A stretch of 64,000 nucleotides of DNA, from positions 15,190,001-15,254,000 of the forward strand of contig OZ024756.1 of NCBI GenBank assembly GCA_964016885.1. Direction: 5' to 3'. The stretch comes from Eledone cirrhosa (taxonomy: Eukaryota). Both the position numbers and the translations under genes were made by a program. Shown one piece after another: positions 1 to 11,100 of this stretch. Each line of letters opens with the position of its first letter. Within the stretch, counting starts at the first letter, position 1. Under the pieces are notes generated by a model. It searched no databases and was not told where the DNA came from. It saw only the letters and a program-made list of their open reading frames with translations.

Positions 1-72
1 CATACGACTCAGTAAACCATTGATTATTGACTCAATTAGGGCAGTTTTCTCTGGGCATTTCTGGTTGATGAG
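1..72 (-). CDS. MROH1: MROH1-like exon N, partial (LINQKCPEKTALIESIINGLLSRM...), runs off the window edge
   Basis: Acceptor tttctgcag|CTC, phase 0, open to position 1. Confidence 0.85.
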
Positions 73-358
73 CTGCAGAAATACATTAAAAAGTAACATA
101 GAAAATAGATTTACAAGACATTGTAGGAAAGTGGCGGGGTAGAGTATTTATATATGTGGGTGTACAGTCTGTTAAGTGGTAGAGCTCATGCTACAATAAA
201 CAAACAAGCAAGCAAACAAATTTATAGATATAGATATATATAGATATATATATATATTTATATATTTATAGAATTTACAGAAAAACTCATAAGAGACAAG
301 CACATGGACAATTCCCAGTCATCAGCTGTCTTCTGGGGATCATTATAGTTTCAGATGC

Positions 359-360
<2 letters not shown>

Positions 361-392
<32 letters not shown>

Positions 393-522
393 ATATATAT
401 GTGTATATATATGTGTGTATATATATATATGTGTATATATATGTGTGTGTGTGTGCGTGTGTGTATATATATATATATGTGTGTATATATGTGTATGTAT
501 GTGTGTGTATATATATATGCGT
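361..522. repeat. (TA)n/(TG)n compound microsatellite
   Basis: Direct reading. Confidence 0.95.
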
Positions 523-525
523 GTG

Positions 526-726
526 AAATTCAGTAGCAATAGAAGCTTTCGTCATAATTTTGACTAAAGAAATTTAGCCTTATAGTGGGGTTTAAAACCC
601 TTTAAAATGGAAAAGGGTGAGTAGTCAATACTCATCCTTTTCCATTTTAGAGGGATTTAAACCCCACTATCAGGCTAAATTTCTTTAGTCAAAAATACGG
701 CGAAAGCCAATTCCACTAAATTTTAA
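526..726. mobile_element. Foldback (hairpin) MITE-like element
   Basis: Core arms 558-623 and 629-694 are reverse complements with 4 mismatches in 66 bp around a 5-nt loop; looser pairing extends outward; flanked by TA tracts. Confidence 0.7.
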
Positions 727-759
727 ACTTCACTTGCTGTCTTCAAAACAAACGCTTGC

Positions 760-801
<42 letters not shown>

Positions 802-943
802 GGTTGGTAGACAGATTAGAGAGAGAGAAAGGAAGAGAGACTGACAGACAGGTAGATAAATAGATAGACAGATAGACAGCAAGAAAGACAACTCAGCCAA
901 TAAATTAGAGAAAGTAAAGAGAAAAAAGAAGTTGCAGATTTAC

Positions 944-1058
944 CTCAGCATAGAAAGCAGCAGTAACTATTCTCTGGGGTTCGTGATAGCTAGGTAATGC
1001 AGGGTGTAAAGTAATAACGATCTGAGGTATGATGTTGGGGTTGTTTTGTGAAAGGGTT
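944..1058 (-). CDS. MROH1: MROH1-like exon M (TLSQNNPNIIPQIV...HEPQRIVTAAFYAE)
   Basis: ctttttacag|A ... GAG|gtaaat; 115 nt. QRIVTAAFYAE resembles the MROH motif QRVTTTAFLAE (from memory). Confidence 0.9.
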
Positions 1059-1134
1059 CTGTAAAAAGATAGAGTTAAACTAATTAAGGTGTTGTAACGA
1101 TAATGTAATGATGGATATCAGACAAGTATGGTAG

Positions 1135-1495
1135 CTACGGTGGTGATTTGATTGAGGCACGGTTTTCCGTCTTCTAAGTTCAAATCATGCCAAGATCAAC
1201 TCTGCTTTTCCTCTTTTATTTTTTAGGGGACAGAGCATAAAATACAATTCTAGTGGAGCAGGGCTGGTGGAATTGATAGAATATTGGACAAGAATCCTTT
1301 TAATATCTGTTCCAGCAATCTGAGATCCGAGTTCAAATTCCACATTTCATCCTTTCAGGGGTCACTAAAATAAAATATCAGTCCAGCAGGGGCAGTGGAT
1401 TGGTGTTAGAGCATCAGAGAAGAATCCTTTCCAGATCTCTGAGCTCAAATGCTACCTTTCACTTTTTCAGGGGTCACTAAAATAAAGTACTAGTC
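1135..1495 (+). mobile_element. Three degenerate tandem copies of tRNA-derived SINE family 2
   Basis: Each has a GTTCAAAT/GCTCAAAT B-box-like motif followed by a cttttcagggg...aaaataaa-like body; reverse of the copies at 39275-39875. Confidence 0.65.
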
Positions 1496-1557
1496 CCAGT
1501 TGTAGTAGGCTGTGATAGGCGAGACATTTCACTACTATTTCTATCAGATCAAGTGAC

Positions 1558-1895
1558 CATCATCATCATCATTTTACGTCCACTTTTCCCTGCTTGCAAG
1601 GGTGGGACGGGAACTGATTCTGGCTTGATTTCTACAGCTGGATGCCCTTCCTAACACCAACCTCATTTACAGTGAGTGCTGGGTGCTTTTTTGCCGTGGC
1701 ACCTCCATGACCACTTTGCAGTGGAATGATAGCGACCCCAGTCCCTATCATCTCATTTCTACAGCTGAGTAAACTGGAGCAATGTGAAATAAAGTGTCTT
1801 GCTCAAGGAAACAACACATCACCCGGTCTGAGAATTGAACTCACAACCTTTCGATTGCAAGGCCAATGCTCTAACCACTAAGCCATGTGCCTCCA
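1558..1895 (-). mobile_element. tRNA-derived SINE family 1, full length
   Basis: Minus strand has A box TGGCTTAGTGG, B box GAGTTCAATTC and an (ATG)n tail; near-identical to the copies at 42966, 53222 and 61294. Confidence 0.9.
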
Positions 1896-2332
1896 TGTAG
1901 GGATTTTTTTTTAATCTCTCTCCTTTCTGAAAATGGTGGTGATGTTGCCTGGTTACAATATAACAGTTCTCATACTTTACAACAACTTTGTTTATTTAAC
2001 TGAATCCCACCCCCAGACGCTAGGTTTTCAAATATTCTGTCTAATTAACAAGCTCACACTCCCCACCATCCCGAGAGATCCATAAATCACAGGTTGAGAA
2101 CCACTGACATAAGCACTACGTCCTTAGGGAACCAGTGATAAAGACAATATTTCAGGGAACCAGATATAAAGATGATATCTTAACCTGTTGACTGCCATGT
2201 ATATTTTACACAGCTACAGTTACTGTGACAGGGTTTTTTCAGTAAAATGACTATTTTTTTTTAACCAAACATTTATTAACATATCTGAATGATTGACAAA
2301 TGTCACATCAATAAACTAGTAACCCCATCTAG

Positions 2333-2500
2333 CTTTGAAGTTATAAACTGTTGGAAACAATTTCATAACTTTGAAGTTATGAACTGTTGGAAACAATTTC
2401 ATAACTTTGAAGTTATGAACTGTTGGAAACAATTTCATAACTTTGAAGTTATGAACTGTTGGAAACAATTTCATAACTTTGAAGTTATGAACTGTTGGAA
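2333..2500. repeat. 36-bp tandem repeat (TTTGAAGTTATGAACTGTTGGAAACAATTTCATAAC), about 5 copies
   Basis: Direct reading. Confidence 0.95.
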
Positions 2501-2507
2501 AAGAGTT

Positions 2508-3018
2508 CATACATGTTAGGACGAGTTATCTCGTCTGTGGCACTGGAATGCATACATGTTAGGACAAGTTATCTCGTCTGTGGCACTGGAATGGATACAT
2601 GTTAGGACGAGTTATCTCGTCTGTGGCACTGGAATGCATACATGTTAGGACAAGTTATCTCGTCTGTGGCACTGGAATGCATACATGTTAGGACGAGTTT
2701 TCTCGTCTGTGGCACTGGAATGCATACATGTTAGGACGAGTTATCTCGTCTGTGGCACTGGAATGCATACATGTTAGGACGAGTTATCTCGTCTGTGGCA
2801 CTGGAATGCATACATGTTAGGACGAGTTATCTCGTCTGTGGCACTGGAATGCATACATGTTAGGACGAGTTATCTCGTCTGTGGCACTGGAATGGATACA
2901 TGTTAGGACGAGTTATCTCGTCTGTGGCACTGGAATGCAGATATGTTAGGACGAGTTATCTCGTCTGTGGCACTGGAATGCAGATATGTTAGGACGAGTT
3001 ATCTCGTCTGTGGCACTG
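2508..3018. repeat. 43-bp tandem repeat with internal palindrome GACGAG-TTAT-CTCGTC, about 12 copies
   Basis: Direct reading; no spacers. Confidence 0.95.
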
Positions 3019-3162
3019 AAGAGGTTAAGGAACCACAGTTAAAGACAATATCTTTCATTTTAATTGGGAAGTACTGCTAAGCATTTCTCAATTTCTATGA
3101 TTTTTTAGCACAAGAGCAAAACACAGGTTTGAAAATCACATTGCATAATTAAATGTCACAGC

Positions 3163-3446
3163 ACATGCCTAGACACGACATTGCATGCCTAGACACGACA
3201 TTGCATGCCTAGACACGACATTGCATGCCTAGACACAACATTGCATGCCTAGACACGACATTGCATGCCTAGACACAACATTGCATGCCTAGACACGACA
3301 TTGCATGCCTAGACACGACATTGCATGCCTAGACACGACATTGCATGCCTAGATACGACATTGCATGCCTAGATATCACATTGCATGCCTAGATACGACA
3401 TTACATGCCTAGATACGACATTGCATGCCTAGATATTACATTGCAT
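3163..3446. repeat. 20-bp tandem repeat (CATTGCATGCCTAGACACGA), about 14 copies
   Basis: Direct reading. Confidence 0.95.
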
Positions 3447-4130
3447 CATCATCACCGTTTGCATGGGTTGGACGGGCCCTTCTCAGCACAGCATCTCTCC
3501 ACTCACCAAGTTCCTCTGTGAGTCTCAGCAATTTGAACTGTTCTCACCACCTCTACTCAGATCATTCTTGGTCTACCTCTACTGCAGCTTCCTCCCACTC
3601 CTTCACACATCAATTATCACCCTTACACATCACATGTCCATACCAACGCAGTCTTCTCTCTTGCACACCACCAGGGAATCCTCTTAAAACCAATCTCTCT
3701 CTTAGTTCATCCAAGCTCTGCCTTTCTTTCACACTTACATTGCACATCCAATGAAGCATCGCTGCCTCATTTCTTTCCAGTCTACGCATGTTTTCTGCAG
3801 CCGCAGCTCATGTTTCACTACCATGCTGCATAACACTTCACACACAGTCTTCATACAGTCATCGTTTTGAATGTAGGGAGAAAGCTTTTGTTGTCAACAG
3901 TGGGATTAGCTTTCTCAATTCCTTCCATCCTATCCTTATTCTAGCCATTATGCTCTCAGAGCACCCTCCCCTACTGCTGATTAAGTCATCTAAATAGCAG
4001 AAGCTATCAAACATTTCTATGGACCCTTCCTGTTACTTGAAGAGATTTATAGCACCGACACTCTTTCCCTTGATTACCCCTGTGCATCTACATACAAAGT
4101 CTTCACTTCCTGTTAGTCTACCCAGTATCA
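3445..4130 (-). mobile_element. Degenerate 3' fragment of an RTE-clade LINE
   Basis: Colinear with 50450-50960 (tgtccataccaacg, tcagagcaccctcccc); encodes RRLRWYGHV and YLDDLISSRGGCSES remnants with disruptions. Confidence 0.85.
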
Positions 4131-4323
4131 GAGAAAAATGTAGTTCTCTGACCTAACTAGTCTTTGACTATGATGATGATGATGATGATGATGATGATCT
4201 GTCCAACTCATGCCAACATGGAAAATGGATGTATGATAATGATGATGATGATGATGATGATGAGTCAAGGTTTAAAACCTTTTTGAACATAGGTCTGATT
4301 TCAATCAAAACTGACCTGAGGCT

Positions 4324-4778
4324 AAACAACAACAAAAACAACCACTACTACTACTACAACAACAACAACAGCAACTACAACTACAGCAACAACAACAACT
4401 ACAACAACAACAGCAACTACAACAGCAACTACAGCAACAACTACAACAACAGCAACTACAACAACAACTACAACAGCAACCACTACTACTACAGCAACAA
4501 CAACAACAACAACAGCAACTACAACAACAACTACAACAACAACAACAGCAACTACTACAACAGCAACCACTACAGCAGCAACCACTACAGCAACAGCAAC
4601 TACAACAACAACAACAGCAGCAACCACTACAACAACAACAACTACAACAACAGCAACTACAACAACAACAGCAACAACAACAGCAACTACAACAACAGCA
4701 ACCACTACTACTACAGCAACAACTACTACTACTGCAACTACAACTACAACAACAACAGCAACTACAACGACAACAATA
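4324..4778. repeat. (AAC/AGC/TAC)n trinucleotide low-complexity tract
   Basis: Direct reading; intronic, starts 20 nt from the exon L donor. Confidence 0.95.
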
Positions 4779-4797
4779 AATAAGAAATGCAGCTCAC

Positions 4798-4935
4798 CTT
4801 GCAAGTGCAGTAAAGGCCTCGGGGTAATTGTCTGGATCTTCAAACATGGTCCAGTAGGAGTGCTCATCTAGATAGCTGGTTACATCTTTTAAGTTGGCTC
4901 TTTCCAATAACATAGAAAAAGCCTTCACAACAAGG
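4798..4935 (-). CDS. MROH1: MROH1-like exon L (SLVVKAFSMLLERANLKDV...YPEAFTALA-R)
   Basis: aattttcag|C ... GCAAG|gtgagc; 138 nt, phase 2/2; follows a 35-kb intron. Confidence 0.88.
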
Positions 4936-5133
4936 CTGAAAATTTAGAGAAACGATCTTTACAGGAAATAATTGTTTCTACCTTTGGCACAAGGCCATCA
5001 AGTACCCAGCACATTACTGGTACTTTATTTTATCGACCAGGAAATAATAATTTTGCATAATAAACAACAAAAAAAAGAAAAGTAAAAAAAAAAGGGAGAG
5101 GGAGAGAGAAGGAAGAGGCAGACTGTAGAAGCC

Positions 5134-8100
5134 CCTCCCCCCATTCCCCTCTCTAGGCAGTATATCTCACCTGTACCCCACAGACCTCCCCCCATTCTCC
5201 TCTCTAGGCAGTATATCTCACCTGTACCCCACAGACCTCCCCCCCATTCCCCTCTCTAGACAGTATATCTCAATTGTACCCCACAGACCTCCCCCCATTC
5301 CCCTCTCTAGGCAGTATATCTCACCTGTACCCCACAGACCTCCCCCCATTCTCCTCTCTAGACAGTATATCTCAACTGTACCCCACAGAACTCCCCCCCA
5401 TTCTCCTCTCTAGACAGTATATCTCACCTGCACCCCACAGACCTCCCCCCATTCTCCTCTCTAGACAGTATATCTCACCTGTACCCCACAGACCTCCCCC
5501 CATTCCCCTCTCTAGGCAGTATATCTCACCTGTACCCCACAGACCTCCCCCCATTCTCCTCTCTAGACAGTATATCTCACCTGTACCCCACAGACCTCCC
5601 CCCATTCTCCTCTCTAGACAGTATATCTCACCTGTACCCCACAGAACTCACCCCCATTCTCCTCTCTAGACAGTATATCTCACCTGTACCCCACAGAACT
5701 CCCCCCCATTCTCCTCTCTAGACAGTATATCTCACCTGTACCCCACAGACCTCCCCCCATTCTCCTCTCTAGACAGTATATCTCACCTGTACCCCACAGA
5801 ACTCCCCCCCCATTCTCCTCTCTAGACAGTATATCTCACCTGTACCCCACAGAACTCCCCCCATTCCCCTCTCTAGACAGTATATCTCACCTGCACCCCA
5901 CAGACCTCCCCCCATTCTCCTCTCTAGACAGTATATCTCACCTGTACCCCACAGACCTCCCCCCATTCCCCTCTCTAGGCAGTATATCTCACCTGTACCC
6001 CACAGACCTCCCCCCATTCTCCTCTCTAGACAGTATATCTCACCTGTACCCCACAGACCTCCCCCCATTCCCCTCTCTAGGCAGTATATCTCACCTGTAC
6101 CCCACAGACCTCCCCCCATTCTCCTCTCTAGACAGTATATCTCACCTGTACCCCACAGAACTCCCCCCCATTCTCCTCTCTAGAGAGTATATCTCACCTG
6201 CACCCCACAGACCTCCCCCCATTCTCCTCTCTAGACAGTATATCTCACCTGTACCCCACAGACCCCCCCATTCTCCTCTCTAGGCAGTATATCTCACCTG
6301 TACCCCACAGACCTCCCCCCATTCCCCTCTCTAGACAGTATATCTCACCTGTACCCCCACAGACCTCCCCCCATTCTCCTCTCTAGACAGTATATCTCAC
6401 CTGTACCCCACAGACCTCCCTCCATTCTCCTCTCTAGACAGTATATCTCACCTGTACCCCACAGACCCCCCCCCCCATTCTCCTCTCTAGGCAGTATATC
6501 TCACCTGTACCCCACAGACCTCCCCCCATTCTCCTCTCTAGGCAGTATATCTCACCTGTACCCCACAGACCTCCCCCCATTCTCCTCTCTAGGCAGTATA
6601 TCTCACCTGTACCCCACAGACCTCCCCCCATTCTCCTCTCTAGGCAGTATATCTCACCTGTACCCCACAGACCTCCCCCCATTCTCCTCTCTAGACAGTA
6701 TATCTCACCTGTACCCCACAGACCTCCCCCATACTCCTCTCTAGGCAGTATATCTCACCTGTACCCCACAGACCTCCCCCCATTCTCCTCTCTAGGCAGT
6801 ATATCTCACCTGTACCCCACAGACCTCCCCCCATTCCCCTCTCTAGGCAGTATATCTCACCTGTACCCCACAGACCTCCCCCCATTCTCCTCTCTAGGCA
6901 GTATATCTCACCTGTACCCCACAGACCTCCCCCCATTCCCCTCTCTAGGCAGTATATCTCACCTGTACCCCACAGACCTCCCCCCATTCTCCTCTCTAGA
7001 CAGTATATCTCACCTGTACCCCACAGAACTCCCCCCCATTCTCCTCTCTAGACAGTATATCTCACCTGCACCCCACAGACCTCCCCCCATTCTCCTCTCT
7101 AGACAGTATATCTCACCTGTACACCACAGACCTCCCCCCATTCTCCTCTCTAGGTAGTATATCTCACCTGTACCCCACAGACCCCCCCCCCATTCTCCTC
7201 TCTAGGTAGTATATCTCACCTGTACCCCACAGACCCCCCCCATTCCCCTCTCTAGGTAGTATATCTCACCTGTACCCCACAGACCTCCCCCCATTCCCCT
7301 CTCTAGGTAGTATATCTCACCTGTACCCCCACAGACCTCCCCCCATTCCCCTCTCTAGGCAGTATATCTCACCTATACCCAACAGACCCCCCATTCTCCT
7401 CTCTAGACAGTATATCTCACCTGTACCCCACAGACCTCCCCCCATTCCCCTCTCTAGGCAGTATATCTCACCTGTACCCCACAGACCTCCCCCATTCTCC
7501 TCTCTAGACAGTATATCTCACCTGTACCCCACAGACCTCCCCCATTCCCCTCTCTAGGCAGTATATCTCACCTGTACCCCACAGACCTCCCCCATTCTCC
7601 TCTCTAGACAGTATATCTCACCTGTACCCCACAGACCTCCCCCATTCTCCTCTCTAGACAGTATATCTCACCTGTACCCCACAGACCTCCCCCATTCCCC
7701 TCTCTAGACAGTATATCTCACCTGTATCCCACAGACCTCCCCCATTCCCCTCTCTAGGCAGTCTATCTCACCTGTACCCCACAGACCTCCCCCCCCATTC
7801 TCATCTCTAGGCAGTATATCTCACCTGTACCCCACAGACCCCCCCCCATTCTCCTCTCTAGGCAGTATATCTCACCTGTACCCCACAGACCTCCCCCATT
7901 CCCCTCTCTAGGCAGTATATCTCACCTGTACCCCCACAGACCTCCCCCCATTCCCCTCTAGGCAGTATATCTCACCTGTACCCCACAGACCTCCCCCCAT
8001 TCCCCTCTCTAGGCAGTATATCTCACCTGTACCCCACAGACCTCCCCCATTCCCCTCTCTAGACAGTATATCTCACCTGTACCCACACAGACCTCCCCCC

Positions 8101-11100
8101 ATTCCCCTCTCTAGGCAGTATATCTCACCTGTACCCCACAGACCTCCCCCCATTCCCCTCTCTAGGCAGTATATCTCACCTGTACCCCCACAGACCTCCC
8201 CCCATTCCCCTCTCTAGGCAGTATATCTCACCTGTACCCCACAGACCTCCCCCCATTCTCCTCTCTAGACAGTATATCTCACCTGTACCCCACAGACCTC
8301 CCCCATTCCCCTCTCTAGGTAGTATATCTCACCTGTACCCCACAGACCCCCCCATTCTCCTCTCTAGACAGTATATCTCACCTGTACCCCACCGAACCCT
8401 CCCATTCTCCTCTCTAGACAGTATATCTCACCTGTACCCCACAGACCCCCCCCCATTCTCCTCTCTAGATAGTATATCTCACCTGTACCCCACAGACCTC
8501 CCCCCATTCCCCTCTCTAGGCAGTATATCTCACCTGTACCCCACAGACCTCCCCCCATTCCCCTCTCTAGGTAGTATATCTCACCTGTACCCCACAGACC
8601 TCCCCCCATTCCCCTCTCTAGGCAGTATATCTCACCTGTACCCCACCGACCTCCCCCATTCCCCTCTCTAGACAGTATATCTCACCTGTACCCACACAGA
8701 CCTCCCCCCATTCCCCTCTCTAGGCAGTATATCTCACCTGTACCCCACAGACCTCCCCCCATTCCCCTCTCTAGGCAGTATATCTCACCTGTACCCCCAC
8801 AGACCTCCCCCCATTCTCCTCTCTAGACAGTATATCTCACCTGTACCCCCACAGACCTCCCCCATTCCCCTCTCTAGGCAGTATATCTCACCTGTACCCC
8901 ACAGACCTCCCCCATTCCCCTCTCTAGGCAGTATATCTCACCTGTACCCCACAGACCCCCCCCCATTCCCCTCTCTAGGCAGTATATCTCACCTGTACCC
9001 CACAGACCTCCCCCCATTCTCCTCCCCAGGCAGTATATCTCACCTGTACCCCACAGACCTCCCCCCATTCCCCTCTCTAGGCAGTATATCTCACCTGTAC
9101 CCCACAGACCTCCCCCCATTCTCCTCTCTAGACAGTATATCTCACCTGTACCCCACAGACCTCCCCCCATTCCCCTCTCTAGGCAGTATATCTCACCTGT
9201 ACCCCACAGACCTCCCCCATTCCCCTCTCTAGGTAGTATATCTCACCTGTACCCCACAGACCCCCCCCCCCATTCTCCTCTCTAGACAGTATATCTCACC
9301 TGTACCCCACAGACCTCCCCCCATTCCCCTCTCTAGGCAGTATATCTCACCTGTACCCCACAGACCTCCCCCATTCCCCTCTCTAGGTAGTATATCTCAC
9401 CTGTACCCCCCAGACCCCCCCCCATTCTCCTCTCTAGACAGTATATCTCACCTGTACCCCACAGAACCCCCCCATTCTCCTCTCTAGACAGTATATCTCA
9501 CCTGTACCCCACAGACCCCCCCCCCCCCATTCTCCTCTCTAGATAGTATATCTCACCTGTACCCCACAGACCCCCCCCCCCATTCTCCTCTCTAGACAGT
9601 ATACCTCACCTGTACCCCACAGACCCCCCCCCATTCTCCTCTCTAGACAGTATATCTCACCTGTACCCCCCATTCCCCTCTCTAGGCAGTATATCTCACC
9701 TGTACCCCACAGACCTCCCCCCATTCCCCTCTCTAGGCAGTATATCTCACCTGTACCCCACAGACCCCCCCCCCCCCACATTCTCCTCTCTAGACAGTAT
9801 ATCTCACCTGTACCCCACAGACCTCCCCCCATTCCCCTCTAGGTAGTATATCTCACCTGTACCCCACAGACCTCCCCCCATTCCCCTCTCTAGGTAGTAT
9901 ATCTCACCTGTACCCCCACAGACCTCCCCCCATTCCCCTCTCTAGGCAGTATATCTCACCTATACCCAACAGACCCCCCATTCTCCTCTCTAGACAGTAT
10001 ATCTCACCTGTACCCCACAGACCTCCCCCCATTCCCCTCTCTAGGCAGTATATCTCACCTGTACCCCACAGACCTCCCCCATTCTCCTCTCTAGACAGTA
10101 TATCTCACCTGTACCCCACAGACCTCCCCCATTCCCCTCTCTAGGCAGTATATCTCACCTGTACCCCACAGACCTCCCCCATTCTCCTCTCTAGACAGTA
10201 TATCTCACCTGTACCCCACAGACCTCCCCCATTCTCCTCTCTAGACAGTATATCTCACCTGTACCCCACAGACCTCCCCCATTCCCCTCTCTAGACAGTA
10301 TATCTCACCTGTATCCCACAGACCTCCCCCATTCCCCTCTCTAGGCAGTCTATCTCACCTGTACCCCACAGACCTCCCCCCCCCATTCTCATCTCTAGGC
10401 AGTATATCTCACCTGTACCCCACAGACCCCCCCGCCATTCTCCTCTCTAGGCAGTATATCTCACCTGTACCCCACAGACCTCCCCCATTCCCCTCTCTAG
10501 GCAGTATATCTCACCTGTACCCCCACAGACCTCCCCCCATTCCCCTCTCTAGGCAGTATATCTCACCTGTACCCCACAGACCTCCCCCCATTCCCCTCTC
10601 TAGGCAGTATATCTCACCTGTACCCCCACAGACCTCCCCCCATTCCCCTCTCTAGGCAGTATATCTCACCTGTACCCCACAGACCTCCCCCATTCCCCTC
10701 TCTAGACAGTATATCTCACCTGTACCCACACAGACCTCCCCCCATTCCCCTCTCTAGGCAGTATATCTCACCTGTACCCCACAGACCTCCCCCCATTCCC
10801 CTCTCTAGGCAGTATATCTCACCTGTACCCCCACAGACCTCCCCCCATTCTCCTCTCTAGACAGTATATCTCACCTGTACCCCCACAAACCTCCCCCATT
10901 CCCCTCTCTAGGCAGTATATCTCACCTGTACCCCACAGACCTCCCCCATTCCCCTCTCTAGGCAGTATATCTCACCTGTACCCCACAGACCTCCCCCCAT
11001 TCCCCTCTCTAGGCAGTATATCTCACCTGTACCCCACAGACCTCCCCCCATTCTCCTCCCCAGGCAGTATATCTCACCTGTACCCCACAGACCTCCCCCC

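Larger units (their letters stand above)
2180..3028. mobile_element. Non-autonomous piggyBac-like element with TTAA target duplication and two internal tandem arrays
   Basis: TTAA-CCTGTTGACTGCC at the left and GGCACTGAAGAGG-TTAA at the right form imperfect TIRs. Confidence 0.7.

Noticed and set aside
2333-3018. CRISPR-like array (36-bp and palindromic 43-bp repeats)
   Set aside because: Units are head-to-tail with no unique spacers, there are no cas genes, and the context is a eukaryotic intron.
4229-4783. Asn/Tyr-rich prion-like ORF (also the Asn-rich ORF at 46734-47228)
   Set aside because: Trinucleotide microsatellites inside introns that are open in several frames, with no splice or promoter support.
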